NCBI GenBank assembly: GCA_965228475.1
Contig: OZ245817.1
Location: 4,384,001 to 4,448,000 of the forward strand
DNA from: Myxococcota bacterium
GTDB taxonomy: Bacteria > Myxococcota_A > UBA9160 > JAFDDA01
DNA length: 64,000 nucleotides
Direction of reading: 5' to 3'
The position numbers were made by a program, and so were the translations under genes. Positions 8,742 through 18,736 of this stretch are shown piece after piece; the first letter of the stretch is position 1; the number at the start of each line of letters is the position of its first letter. The notes beneath the pieces are model-generated. The model made no database searches. It was not told where the DNA came from and worked only from the letters and a program-made list of their open reading frames with translations.

Positions 8742-10150
8742 CGCGCGAGGGCCTCGACGCGGGCTTCGGCCCAGCGGGCCGGGCGCTCGCCCAGGCCGCC
8801 GACGCGAAGGGCCGCGCGGTACGCCGTATGGGCCGGCTCGCGCTGGCCGAGGGCCTCGAGCGAGATGCCCATGCCGAGCCAGGCGTCCGCGCGGTGCGGA
8901 GAAAGCTGGAGCACGTTTCGGAACGACGTCACCGCCGCTTCGTGGCGCTCGAGATCCTGGAGCAGCGAGGCGCGCAGGGCGTGCAGCGCGACGTCGTCGA
9001 AGGGGACGGGGGCGATGCGGGCGAGGACGGCGAGTGCTTCCGCGCTCCGTCCCTCGTCGGCGCGGAGTCCGGCCAGGAGCTTCGCCACGGAGGCGCTCGT
9101 CGGGTTGCGAGCGTGAAGCCGGGTCAGGAGCTCGGCGGCTTCGGTGCGGCGTCCTTCGTGGAGCCAGGCCTGCGCGAGGGCCAGGGAGGCGCCCTCGTGG
9201 CCCGGGGCTTCGCGAAGCGCGCTCTGCAGGAGTGTCAACGCCTCGGACGTGGCCCCCGCCTCGAGCAGGGCGTTCGCCTCGCGCACGTTCGCCGTCGCGC
9301 GCTCGGCGGGCGTCGCCTCGCGCTCGGTCCTCTCCATGCGGACGTCCGGCGTATCGACGACCTCCGGGGCCGCCTGGGCGGGCGGCGCCGGAGCTCGTAC
9401 GGAAGTCGGGGAAGGGATCTCGGGAAGAGCCGCCACCCGGGGCCGGCGCGGTGCAGGCTTCGCTCGCTTCGGCGGAGCCGCATGGAGTTCGAGAGCGATG
9501 TGGCTTCCGGCGGCGCGGCGAACGAGCTGGCTCCGGAAGTCGACCTCGCCCTCGAAGGCAAGGCGGACGACGACGCCCTCGGCCTCCTCGACGAGGTCGA
9601 GCCCCTTCAACCAGGGCGTGTCCACCCGCCCGGCCGTGGTCGGGTCGAGGGACGATGCGATCTTCACGCCGCCGAGCGTCAGGTAGAGCTCACCGTCGAT
9701 GAGCACGGGCCGGGGTTCGCTGCCGAGCGGTCCGGTGACCTCGAGATCCACGCGGACGCGGCTCGGCCCGCCGTCGACGAAGAGCGTGCGTAGCTCGGAT
9801 CGGTGTGCGATCGCCGATTCCAGAGCATCGGCCGGATCGGACGGCGACACGGCCGGGGGCGGGGCCGCGACGTCGGGAGTCCGCTGCGGCGACGCGGCGG
9901 CGATCCGCTGCTGAACGGCCTCGGGCAAGACCGCCCGGGGCGTCAGCGCGAAGCGTTCGGCGAAGCGCGCCGCGTCCCCGTCGCGTGCGGCGAGCCAACC
10001 CGCCACGGCGCAGCCGGCCAGCAGGATCAGCACGAAGCGGGGAATCACGACCGCCCGCCGCGGGCTCGGCCTCGGCGGAACGGGCTGCCCCCACCCCTCT
10101 TCGTCCTTGCGGCGATCGAGGTCCCGGAGCGTTTCGTTGATGAGGCTCAT
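8738..10150 (-). CDS. mshN: MshN-like TPR protein
   Basis: Starts MSLINETLRDLDRR (typical of MshN), TM, C-terminal TPRs (AWLGMGISLEALGQ); ATGA overlap with mshM stop. Confidence 0.8.
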   Translation of the reverse strand: MSLINETLRDLDRRKDEEGWGQPVPPRPSPRRAVVIPRFVLILLAGCAVAGWLAARDGDAARFAERFALTPRAVLPEAVQQRIAAASPQRTPDVAAPPPAVSPSDPADALESAIAHRSELRTLFVDGGPSRVRVDLEVTGPLGSEPRPVLIDGELYLTLGGVKIASSLDPTTAGRVDTPWLKGLDLVEEAEGVVVRLAFEGEVDFRSQLVRRAAGSHIALELHAAPPKRAKPAPRRPRVAALPEIPSPTSVRAPAPPAQAAPEVVDTPDVRMERTEREATPAERATANVREANALLEAGATSEALTLLQSALREAPGHEGASLALAQAWLHEGRRTEAAELLTRLHARNPTSASVAKLLAGLRADEGRSAEALAVLARIAPVPFDDVALHALRASLLQDLERHEAAVTSFRNVLQLSPHRADAWLGMGISLEALGQREPAHTAYRAALRVGGLGERPARWAEARVEALAR

Positions 10151-11010
10151 CGGATGCGTCTCCAACCGCGCTGGGGCGCGGAGGTCGCGAAGCGCGAACC
10201 CTTCGCGGTGTCGGTGTCGGCGACCGCGCGCCGCACGTGGCGCCAGCCGACGCGGCCCTGCCCTCTCCCGTAGGCCGCGAGCATCGCCTTGTGGCACAGC
10301 AGGTTCATGATGCGCGGGTTCCCGCCGCTCGCGCGGTGAAGCGCCTGGATCGCGGTGCGGGTGAAGGGGACGTCGCCCGAGCGGCCCGCCGCGGAAAGCC
10401 GCTGCGTGAGATAGCTCCGGGCATCGTTCGCCGAGACGGGTGCCAGACGCGCCGTGAAGCTCACTCGCTGCGCCAGCTGGCGGAGCGCGTGGGTCCGCAG
10501 CCGCTCTTCGAGCTCGGGCTGGCCGAAGAGGACGACCTGGAGGAGGCGGTGGCGTTCGGTCTCGAGGTTCGTGAGCAGGCGGATCGCCTCGAGGCTCGCC
10601 GTCGGAAGCGACTGCGCCTCGTCGACCACGAGCACCGTCCGCCGGCCGTCGAGGTGGAGTTCGAGCACACGGTCTTGGATGCGTTCGAGGAGCGCGTGGG
10701 TGGGCGCATCGTCGTCGACCGCCACGCCGAGCTCGCGCGCGACCGCCGCGTAGACGCCCTTCGGCCCGAGGAACGGGTTCGGCAGGTACGCCGTGACGAA
10801 GCGCTCATCGAGTTCACCGAGCAGCATGCGGCAGAGCAGGGTCTTCCCGGTCCCCACCTCACCGATCACCTGGATGAAGCCTTCTTCTTCGTGGAGCGCC
10901 GTCACGAGGGTCTCGAGCGCCTCGCGATGGCTCGCGAGGGGCACGAAGAATCCCGTGTTCGGCGTCAGCGAGAAGGGCTTCTCGCGCAGTCCGAAGTGGC
11001 GTAGGTACAA
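10147..11010 (-). CDS. mshM: MshM / ExeA-family AAA ATPase
   Basis: MYLRHFGLREKPFSLTPNT, GEVGTGKT, VVDEAQ, LLTNLETE, LFGQPEL, SGGNPRIMNLLCHKA. Confidence 0.88.
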   Translation of the reverse strand: MYLRHFGLREKPFSLTPNTGFFVPLASHREALETLVTALHEEEGFIQVIGEVGTGKTLLCRMLLGELDERFVTAYLPNPFLGPKGVYAAVARELGVAVDDDAPTHALLERIQDRVLELHLDGRRTVLVVDEAQSLPTASLEAIRLLTNLETERHRLLQVVLFGQPELEERLRTHALRQLAQRVSFTARLAPVSANDARSYLTQRLSAAGRSGDVPFTRTAIQALHRASGGNPRIMNLLCHKAMLAAYGRGQGRVGWRHVRRAVADTDTAKGSRFATSAPQRGWRRIR

Positions 11011-11020
11011 CGCGCCCTCC

Positions 11021-12718
11021 TCAGTTCCGGCTCATCGAACGGACGCGCTGCGTGGTCTCGTCGACCTTGCGGCTCCATCCGCCGACCTCGACGATCTCCG
11101 GGCGCAGCAGGATCACCAGCTCGTTCTTGCGGGCGACCTGACGCTTCTGCCGGAACGCGCCGCCGATCAGCGGGATGTCTCCGAGCAGCGGCAGCCGTGC
11201 GTCCTTCTCGTCGAGCACGTTCTCGATGAGGCCGCCGATCACGATCACCTGGCCGCTCCGCGCCCGGACGATGCTGTCGGACTCGCGGATGGTGGAGAAG
11301 GCCAGCGGCAGCTGGAGCGTCGCGACGCCCGCGCCGAGGTTGATCTGCTTCACCTGGTCACGGACCTGACTGACGGCCGGGTGGACGTGGAGCGTGATGT
11401 CGTCCTTCTCTCCGATGCGCGGCGTCACGTCGAGCGCGATGCCCGAGAAGAAGGGCGTGAGCGTGACGTCGGGCGAGGTCGTCGTGGCCGTGCCGGTGAC
11501 GGTGGTGGTCGACACGTCGGTCACGAAGAACTCGTCGTTGCCGACCTTGATGACGGCCTTCTGGTTGTTGAGCGTCGAGATGCGCGGGCTCGAGAGGACC
11601 TCGACGTCGCCCTGGGTCTTCAGGAGCTCGATGAAGGCGGCGAACTCGTCGAGGGCGACGGCGATGCTGAAGACGCCGCCGAAGGCCGAAGCCGCGGCGC
11701 CCTGGATCATGGCGAGCATGGCCGGGTCGAGGATGCCCGCGTTGCCGGCCGTATCGGACGGCGCGACCTGGTCGAGGAGCCCCGTCCCGCCACCGTTCAG
11801 CGTCGTGCCGCCGCCGGTCTGGGAGAGCGCCAGCGAGTTGCCGAGAACGCCGCTCCAGTTGATGCCCTGCTGGTAGCCGTCCGAGAGCGAGACCTCGAGG
11901 ATCTTCGCCTCGATGATCACCTGACGGCGAAGGTTCTTGTGCGCCTGGTCGAGGTAGTCCTCGACCATGGCGAGTTCGCGCGGCATGGCGCGGACGGTGA
12001 CGATGCCGGCGTGCGGCGACGACATGACGGATCGGCCTTCGCCGCTCCCGACGATCGCGGCCACGGTCTTCCCGAGCTCGCTCCAGAAGTCCGCCGCCGT
12101 CTCGGTCTCGACGTGGGTTCCGGTGAGGGTCGAGGTCTCGGAGGAGCCGGTGGTGGTCCCTTCGGACCCACTGCTGCTCTCGCCCTGCTCGCTCACCTGC
12201 CCGGAGCTGACGCGCGTCTGCGAGTGACCCTGGCGGGAGACGTTCAGGTAGTCGACGTGGAAGACCCGGGTCTCGAGGCGGGCCGGGGTCACCTCCCAGC
12301 CGCCGTCGACGCGCCGGTACTGGAAGCCGTGCACCTCGCGAAGCGTCTCGAGCACCTGGGCGACCGTCACGCTCTTCAGGTTCATCGTGACTTCGCCGTC
12401 GACGCCGGGGTGGACGACCATGCCTTCGCGCGTCCCCTCGACGAGGTTCATCAAGAAACTCCGCACCGGCGCCCGCACCACGGCGACGTCGAAGCGCTGG
12501 GGCGCCTCCCCGCCTTCGGGCGTCGTCTCGGCCAGGTCGGACAGGGACGGCCGGAGCGCGTCGCGGACCTCCTTCGGCGCGGTCGGCGGCGGAAGCGGCG
12601 GCGACGTCTCGGCGAGCCCCTGGAAGGCATCGTCCATCGGCTTCGGAACGGTCGTTTCGAAGGTCGAGCAGCTTCCCAGGAGGAAGGTCAGCGGCACGAG
12701 CAACCATCGACGACTCAT
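11021..12718 (-). CDS. mshL: MSHA secretin (lipoprotein)
   Basis: Lipobox LLGSC; RQVIIEAKILEV, LSSPRISTLNNQKAVIKVG.DEFFVT, PFFSGIALDVTP. Confidence 0.9.
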   Translation of the reverse strand: MSRRWLLVPLTFLLGSCSTFETTVPKPMDDAFQGLAETSPPLPPPTAPKEVRDALRPSLSDLAETTPEGGEAPQRFDVAVVRAPVRSFLMNLVEGTREGMVVHPGVDGEVTMNLKSVTVAQVLETLREVHGFQYRRVDGGWEVTPARLETRVFHVDYLNVSRQGHSQTRVSSGQVSEQGESSSGSEGTTTGSSETSTLTGTHVETETAADFWSELGKTVAAIVGSGEGRSVMSSPHAGIVTVRAMPRELAMVEDYLDQAHKNLRRQVIIEAKILEVSLSDGYQQGINWSGVLGNSLALSQTGGGTTLNGGGTGLLDQVAPSDTAGNAGILDPAMLAMIQGAAASAFGGVFSIAVALDEFAAFIELLKTQGDVEVLSSPRISTLNNQKAVIKVGNDEFFVTDVSTTTVTGTATTTSPDVTLTPFFSGIALDVTPRIGEKDDITLHVHPAVSQVRDQVKQINLGAGVATLQLPLAFSTIRESDSIVRARSGQVIVIGGLIENVLDEKDARLPLLGDIPLIGGAFRQKRQVARKNELVILLRPEIVEVGGWSRKVDETTQRVRSMSRN

Positions 12719-13095
12719 CGAGATTCCTTTCCTTCGCCGGCATGGGGCAGCGCCGACGATTCTCGGACCGGGGTCTTCACCGAGGGACCGAACAGAGTCA
12801 GGGTGACGGGCCCGTCGGGCCCGTGGAGTTCGACGCGGGTCGCTTCGATGCGCGCGACCGTGGCGGCGCCGACGGCGTCGCCCTCCTGGACGCGCCGCCC
12901 ATCGATGACGGCGGTGCGCCGCCCTTCGAGGGTCAGGATCGCCGAGAGCTCCCGCGCCGGTGCGCTCGCGCTCGCTTCGGCGACCGGAACGATGCGCGGC
13001 GGACGCGTCGGATCCTCGAGCGCGCGCGCATCGAGGACGAAGGCGATGCCGACCGCCAGCGCCCAGAGTGCCGCGAGGGACGGGGCGTTAGACAC
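12715..13095 (-). CDS. mshK: MSHA biogenesis protein MshK
   Basis: Signal peptide then DPTRPP..LSAIL..RRTAVIDG; position between mshJ and mshL. Confidence 0.8.
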   Translation of the reverse strand: MSNAPSLAALWALAVGIAFVLDARALEDPTRPPRIVPVAEASASAPARELSAILTLEGRRTAVIDGRRVQEGDAVGAATVARIEATRVELHGPDGPVTLTLFGPSVKTPVRESSALPHAGEGKESR

Positions 13096-13774
13096 CGATC
13101 CAGCCCTCCTGCTCGCTCAGGGTGAACAGGCGCAGGCGGACCCGCGCCTCCGGATACGTGACGACCTCGTAGTCGAGCGACTCCCAATAGAGGCTCCAAC
13201 CGAGCCGCTCCACGGCGCGCAGGTAACGCAGGGTGTCGAAGTAGCCGCCGCGGTACTCGATCTCGACGACGTGCTTGTAGAGCGCCGGTCGGGCAGCGCC
13301 CTCCACCGCAGCGGTCGCTTCGCCGTCCTCCTCTTCTTCCAGCGCGGAGACCGGCGCCAGGAGCTCGAGACGATCGAGCGTGAGCCCGTGCTGCTCGGCG
13401 AGGATCTGTCGCAGGGCGCCGACCATCTCGTCCGGCGTGATGAGCTGGCTCGCGCGCTCGGCGAGTTCCGCGTCGAGCTGCTCGATCTGGGCGACGAGCC
13501 GGTCCCGCTCTTCCCGGGATTGGCGGTCCGGGTCGCTGGCGGCGCTCGCGGCGGCGTCCGAGCTGCGCCGGTCGAGGGCTTCGAGCTGACTCTGGGCTGC
13601 TTCGATGCGCTGGGCCGCGCCGACGCGCTCCGCCTCGATGTCGTCCCAGAACAGGACGGTCCAGGCGCCCCAGAGGACGAGCAGGCTCGCTCCGGCGACG
13701 GCGACCCGTTCGCGCAGGCTCAGCGCATCCACGGCGGCAACGAGCTTGTGGACGTGGACCATCAGTTCCTTCAA
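13088..13774 (-). CDS. mshJ: MSHA biogenesis protein MshJ (PilO/GspM-like)
   Basis: DALSLRERV, TM, coiled coil, LYKH..EIEYRGGYFD..RYL..LYW..LDYEV..YP; TTG start at 13774 overlapping mshI stop (or ATG 13762). Confidence 0.82.
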   Translation of the reverse strand: MKELMVHVHKLVAAVDALSLRERVAVAGASLLVLWGAWTVLFWDDIEAERVGAAQRIEAAQSQLEALDRRSSDAAASAASDPDRQSREERDRLVAQIEQLDAELAERASQLITPDEMVGALRQILAEQHGLTLDRLELLAPVSALEEEEDGEATAAVEGAARPALYKHVVEIEYRGGYFDTLRYLRAVERLGWSLYWESLDYEVVTYPEARVRLRLFTLSEQEGWIGV

Positions 13775-15318
13775 GGCGTGTCTCCCGGCTCGCGGCGGCT
13801 GCCGAGCGAGAACGCCACGACGCCCGGCCCCGCTTCGGGCGAGCCGAGTTCGAAGGCGCGGAAGGACTTCCCGGCGAAGGCCGGCTCCCCCTTCAGGCTG
13901 GAGAGCCAGGACGGCACCGCCTCCGGGCTCATCGCTGCGCCGGCGAGAGAGATCGACTCGCCACCCGCGAGCAGTGCGATCCGCTCGAGCCAGACGTCTT
14001 CGCGGCGAAGCCGCGCGAGCGTCTCGAAGGTTTCGGAGAAGCCCGTCAGGTTCCCGAGCCCTCCCCCCGAGAGCGCCTCGAGCATGCGCGACTTCCCGAC
14101 GCGCGCCTCGCGCAGCGCCGCGATCTGCACCGCCAGGCTCTCGTCGGGGCCGATGGCCCGGGTGCCTTCGACGCTCTCGATGCGGGCGGATGCGGCCGCG
14201 ACCTGCGCCTCCATCGCCTCGATCGTCTGCGCGGTGCGGGTGTTCTGCCAGGAGCCGAAGAGCGTCATGCCGACCAGGCCGACGAGGAAGATCGCGGAGG
14301 CCTTGAGCAGCGTGTCCCCGGAGAAGGGTGCGCCCGAGAGGGCGGCCTGCGGATTCCACATCTCCAGGTGGCGGCCTTCGGCGCGGCGGAGCGCGGCGCA
14401 GAACGCGGCCAGGGCCTTGTCCTGGAGATCCTGGGGAAGGGAGACCGTGGTATCGACGAGATTCGCCAGGTCGATCTGCGCGACCGAAACCTGGGTGTTG
14501 TCCTGCAGGTGGGCGACGAAGGGGCCGAGCTCGAAGGGAGACGGCAGGACCCAGAGCGCCTGCGCCGGCACGCGGCCGAAGTTGCTCTCGAAGTAGTCGA
14601 GGGAGCGCTGCACCTCGAGCAGCACGTTCTCGAGGTCCGGGCCGATCTCCTCGGAAGCCGACTCGAGGCCCGAGAACGTCTCGAGCACCGAGAGGTCGGT
14701 CACGAGGTCGCGCGCCATGCAGAGGTCGCCGCCGCGCGTGACGCCGAAGCGGCTCCGCTTGGGCGAGAGGCGGAGGAAGGCCTGGCCTTCGCTGGCGTCG
14801 CCGACCACGGGCGAGAGGTTCAGGAGGGCCGTCTCCCGGATCTCGACGGCGGCGGGCTCGAGGCCGCTTTCGCGCAGCGTCTCGACCACCTGGTCGATGA
14901 GCTCCGCGCGGGCCGCCACGGCGAACATGCTTCGGCTCGCGTCCGGCCCTTCCACCGGGAGCGGCAGGCAATCCACGACCGCGTGCACGGGGTCGAAGTC
15001 GAGCTCGTCGCGAAGCGCCCAGCGCGTGGCTTCGCGCAGCTCGTCGTCGGGAACGTCGGGCGCATCGATGGGCCGGACCACGTAGGCATCGGAAGGCAGC
15101 ACGGCGGTCGCGGGAACTCCGGCGAGCCCGTGCTCGCGAACCGCACCGGAGAGTGCGAGCGCGAACTCGTCGGGCCCGTCGAACTTCACGTACTCGCACA
15201 CTTCGAGCGCAGGACGATCGTCCCCGTCCATCAGGTGCACGAGTGCGAAGCCATCTGTATCGATCGCGACGCCGACACGGCCTCGCGCCGCGCCGCTCGC
15301 CTTCCAGCCTAGAACCAT
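13771..15318 (-). CDS. mshI: MSHA biogenesis protein MshI (PilM/PilN-like fusion)
   Basis: PDVPDDELREATRW, LLEVQRSLDYFES, TM, C-terminal VWLERI..AVPSWLSSL...FAGKSF. Confidence 0.82.
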   Translation of the reverse strand: MVLGWKASGAARGRVGVAIDTDGFALVHLMDGDDRPALEVCEYVKFDGPDEFALALSGAVREHGLAGVPATAVLPSDAYVVRPIDAPDVPDDELREATRWALRDELDFDPVHAVVDCLPLPVEGPDASRSMFAVAARAELIDQVVETLRESGLEPAAVEIRETALLNLSPVVGDASEGQAFLRLSPKRSRFGVTRGGDLCMARDLVTDLSVLETFSGLESASEEIGPDLENVLLEVQRSLDYFESNFGRVPAQALWVLPSPFELGPFVAHLQDNTQVSVAQIDLANLVDTTVSLPQDLQDKALAAFCAALRRAEGRHLEMWNPQAALSGAPFSGDTLLKASAIFLVGLVGMTLFGSWQNTRTAQTIEAMEAQVAAASARIESVEGTRAIGPDESLAVQIAALREARVGKSRMLEALSGGGLGNLTGFSETFETLARLRREDVWLERIALLAGGESISLAGAAMSPEAVPSWLSSLKGEPAFAGKSFRAFELGSPEAGPGVVAFSLGSRREPGDTP

Positions 15319-15400
15319 GGGTCACCCCAGCCCGGACCCCTCCAAGGGCCCTCAGGCGTTTCCCATCGCCTTCTAGAACGGCAAAACGACAGAGAACCTG

Positions 15401-15427
15401 AAACGAGTCAGGCCCGTTTTCGGTTCC
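15401..15427 (-). promoter_or_regulatory. Candidate ECF-sigma promoter of msh operon
   Basis: Minus strand GGAACC-N16-CGTTT about 80 nt upstream of mshI. Confidence 0.4.
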
Positions 15428-15476
15428 ACCGGGGAAAGCCCGAGGGCCGAACCCCTCGCGATGCTAACGTCGCTCG

Positions 15477-16238
15477 ATGCTTCGCCGGATCTACTCGTCG
15501 CTGTACTGGGGCTTCGTGACCGCGAGCTCGATCGCGCTGTTCCCGGTGGCCTTACTAGTATGGGCGGTGACGGCGCCCTTCGATCGGCGCAAGGTGGTGC
15601 TCCACCGCTTCACCTGTTTCTGGGCGTCGCTCTACACCTGGTTCAACCCGGCCTGGCCGGTCACGGTGACGGGCCGGGAACACATCCAGCCCGGCGAGAC
15701 CTATGTGATGGTCGCCAACCACCTCTCGGTGATCGACATCTTCGTGCTCTTCCGGCTCTGGCGGCACTTCAAGTGGGTGTCCAAGGTCGAGAATTTCCGC
15801 ATTCCGTGCATCGGCTGGAACATGCACCTGAACGGCTACGTCCCGCTCCGCCGAGGCGACCGCGCGAGCGTGATCGAGATGATGCGGGCCTGCGAACGGG
15901 AGCTCGCCGCGGGCAGCTCGATCATGATGTTCCCCGAGGGCACGCGCTCGATGACGGGACAGCTCCGCCCCTTCAAGACCGGCGCCTTCGAGCTGGCGCT
16001 GAAGGCCCGCAAGCCCATCCTGCCGATCGCGCTCTCGGGCACCCTCGAAGCGCTGCCCGACCGCGGCGTCCTCCTCCAGGGCTACCACCCGATCGAGCTC
16101 AAGGTGCTCGAGCCGATTCCCTACGAGAGCTTCGCGGGCGCCTCGGCCGAGGACACGGCGCTGCGCGTGCGCGAGATCCTTGCCGCCGAGCTCGCCGACA
16201 AGAACCTGACGCCCTCGGACGCCACGCCAGAGGGCTAG
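15477..16238 (+). CDS. 1-acyl-sn-glycerol-3-phosphate acyltransferase (PlsC family)
   Basis: NHLSVID, FPEGTRS, FKTGAF motifs. Confidence 0.9.
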   Translation: MLRRIYSSLYWGFVTASSIALFPVALLVWAVTAPFDRRKVVLHRFTCFWASLYTWFNPAWPVTVTGREHIQPGETYVMVANHLSVIDIFVLFRLWRHFKWVSKVENFRIPCIGWNMHLNGYVPLRRGDRASVIEMMRACERELAAGSSIMMFPEGTRSMTGQLRPFKTGAFELALKARKPILPIALSGTLEALPDRGVLLQGYHPIELKVLEPIPYESFAGASAEDTALRVREILAAELADKNLTPSDATPEG

Positions 16239-16244
16239 GGAGCG

Positions 16245-17795
16245 CTAGGCCGGGAGCGGGATGCGGATGCGGAACTCCGTCCCGCCGCCCTCGCGCTCTT
16301 CCGCCACGACGTCACCGCCAACGTTCTCCACCTGCGCTCGCACGATCGCGAGCCCGAGGCCCGTGTGGCGGTCGCGCGGGGCCGAGCCGGGCCGGTAGCT
16401 GAAGAAGCGGTCGAAGATGCGCTCGCGGTGTTCGCGCGGGATCCCGGGGCCGCGGTCGAGGACGCGCACGACGGCGAAGTCCTCTTCGCGCGAGAGCTCG
16501 ACCCGGATCCCGGCGTCGGGCGGCGAGAACCCGGCGGCGTTGTCGATGACGTTCTCGATGGCGCGCGCGATTCCGTCCGCCGGCACCGAGACCTCGACGG
16601 GCTCCTCGGGATGGACGACCTCGATGCGCCGCTCGCCGCGCGTCCGGAAGGACTCCGCCAGCCCGTCGAGGAGCGCGGCGAGATCCACGGCTTCGGGCGC
16701 TTCGGGCCAGGCGCCCGCGTCGAGACGGGAGACCTCCTGCACGCCGGCCAGCAGGAGCTCCATGCGTGCGATCTCGCGCTGGATCATCTCGAGGAAGCGC
16801 TTGCGCTCCCCGGCGTCGTCGACCTCGGCGAGCATCTCGCTCGCGGCGCGGATGGAACCGAGCGGGTTGCGCAGCTCGTGGGAGACGTCCGAGGCGAAGG
16901 ATTCGACCCAGCCGATGTGGGCGTCGAGCCTTCGCGTGAGTGCTTCGAGCGCGCGGCCGAGGTCGCCGATCTCGTCGCGCCGGTTCGAGGCGTGGAGCGG
17001 CCCGCGCAGGCGGCCGCGCGCATCGAGCAGCGAGTCGGCCTGGTTGCGCAACCGGACGAGCGGGCGCGCGATGGTCGTCGAGACGACGAGCGAGAGCACG
17101 ACCGCGGCGACCAGAGAGGCGAGGAACACGCGCAGCACGTCCATGCGGAGCTGATAGAGCTTCTGGAGGATCCGGTAGGTCGATTGCGAAACCAGCACGA
17201 CGCCGGTCACGTCGTCGCCGCGGCGGATCGGCAGCGCGCTGTAGAGCGTGACCGAGCGCTGGCCGCCCGAGGAGATGCGCGTCGCGGCGCCGTAGTTCCC
17301 GTTCAGGGCCGCGCGGATCTCGCGGCCCTCGAGCGGGCCGCCGCCGGTGTAGGCGTCGGCGCTCGCGTGGGGCGCTTCCGGGGGCAACAGGTACTCGCGC
17401 CACAGGCGGAACGGCAGGGCCCCCAGGCGATAGAGCAGCCCGTCCCGCGGCCCGGGAGGCCGGTTCAGGATCGGGTCGTCCGGGCGCAGCGCGCCGAGCT
17501 GGCTCGAGTCCACGAGCAGCCGCCCGGCGGCGTCGAGCACGCGCAGGCGCGCTTCAGATTCCTGGTCGAGGGCGACGAGCGTCCGACGCGCGTCCTGCTC
17601 CCCGAGCGGCGAACGGCCGGAGAGCGCTGCGGCGAGCAGACGGCCCTGGTGCACCATCGCCCGCTCCTGATCGCGCAGGAGCTGCTGCTCGTAGGTATCG
17701 AGGAAGAGGACGCCGGCCGCGGGCAGGAACACGAGCAGGACGTTGAAGGCGAGCAGGCGCACCTGGATGCGCGCCAGGGCCTTGCGCAGCCTCAC
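16245..17795 (-). CDS. Sensor histidine kinase (PdsS/ChvG-like)
   Basis: 2 TM, HAMP RRDEIGDL, H-box DVSHELRNPL, NVIDNA, DRGPGI, GLGLAI. Confidence 0.88.
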   Translation of the reverse strand: MRLRKALARIQVRLLAFNVLLVFLPAAGVLFLDTYEQQLLRDQERAMVHQGRLLAAALSGRSPLGEQDARRTLVALDQESEARLRVLDAAGRLLVDSSQLGALRPDDPILNRPPGPRDGLLYRLGALPFRLWREYLLPPEAPHASADAYTGGGPLEGREIRAALNGNYGAATRISSGGQRSVTLYSALPIRRGDDVTGVVLVSQSTYRILQKLYQLRMDVLRVFLASLVAAVVLSLVVSTTIARPLVRLRNQADSLLDARGRLRGPLHASNRRDEIGDLGRALEALTRRLDAHIGWVESFASDVSHELRNPLGSIRAASEMLAEVDDAGERKRFLEMIQREIARMELLLAGVQEVSRLDAGAWPEAPEAVDLAALLDGLAESFRTRGERRIEVVHPEEPVEVSVPADGIARAIENVIDNAAGFSPPDAGIRVELSREEDFAVVRVLDRGPGIPREHRERIFDRFFSYRPGSAPRDRHTGLGLAIVRAQVENVGGDVVAEEREGGGTEFRIRIPLPA

Positions 17796-18532
17796 GAAGC
17801 CGGGGCCTCCCGGCCCGCTCGACGGTAGCGGTAGCCGAGCCCGTGGACGGTCTCGACGCAGGCGAAGCCCTCGGTCACGGTCTCGAACTTCCGCCGGATG
17901 CGCTTGATGTGGCTATCGATGGTGCGCTCGCTCACGAAGGCGTCGTGCGGGTAGCCCTCTTCCATGAGCTGGCGGCGCGTCTTCACCTGGCCGGGGCGCC
18001 GCGCCAGCGCCGCGAGGATCAGGAACTCGGTGACGGTGAGGGCGACCTCCTGGCCGTCCCAGCGGGCGGTGTAGCCGTCGAGGTCGAGCACCAGTTCGTC
18101 CACTTCGACGGCGGTGCCGTCGGCGGCGGGCTCGGCGCCACGCAGCAGCGCGAGGCGGCGGAAGAGCACCTTCACGCGCGCCGTGAGCTCGCGCATCGAG
18201 AACGGCTTGCACAGGTAGTCGTCGGCCCCGAGTTCGAGGCCGAGGATGCGGTCGAGCTCCTCGTCCTTCGAGGTCAGGAAGATGATGGGCATCGTCTCCG
18301 AGAGCGTGCGGAGCTTGCGGCAGAGTTCGAGGCCGTCCATGCGGGGCATCAGGATGTCGAGCACGGCCACGTCCGGGAGGGCGCCGTTCGAGAAGCTCTC
18401 CCACGCGGCGGCGCCGTCCGCATGGCTCTCCACGACGTAGCCTTCGCGATCGAGGGCGAAGCCCACGCTCTCGCGAATGCTCTGCTCGTCGTCGACCACC
18501 GCGACGCGTCCGAGGGCGGGTTCCTTGGCCAT
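17792..18532 (-). CDS. OmpR-family response regulator (PdsR/ChvI-like)
   Basis: VVDDE, LDILMP, PIIFLTSKD, TIDSHIKRIRRKF..VETVHGLGYRY. Confidence 0.9.
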   Translation of the reverse strand: MAKEPALGRVAVVDDEQSIRESVGFALDREGYVVESHADGAAAWESFSNGALPDVAVLDILMPRMDGLELCRKLRTLSETMPIIFLTSKDEELDRILGLELGADDYLCKPFSMRELTARVKVLFRRLALLRGAEPAADGTAVEVDELVLDLDGYTARWDGQEVALTVTEFLILAALARRPGQVKTRRQLMEEGYPHDAFVSERTIDSHIKRIRRKFETVTEGFACVETVHGLGYRYRRAGREAPAS

Positions 18533-18736
18533 GCCGCGAGGCTACCGCCTCCCCGTCCGTGCGGGAAGCGGGCCGCCGGCGCGTGCGGTGGATTGCCCCA
18601 GACTCGCCACATCTTTCCCCGTCATCGCCCCGGGAGGCGGCCGCCCCTGCCCTCTCCTGCTGCTTTCCTGCAGCCGTGCCGCGCTCGGTCGCCGACCACG
18701 GAGCCGCGGATGAGAGGCAACAGGGAAGGAGCGGGC

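Noticed and set aside
3302..14596. Very long antisense/off-frame ORFs (e.g. 3302-5680, 3706-7113, 10793-14596)
   Set aside because: Shadow ORFs typical of high-GC DNA overlapping well-supported genes; no recognisable motifs
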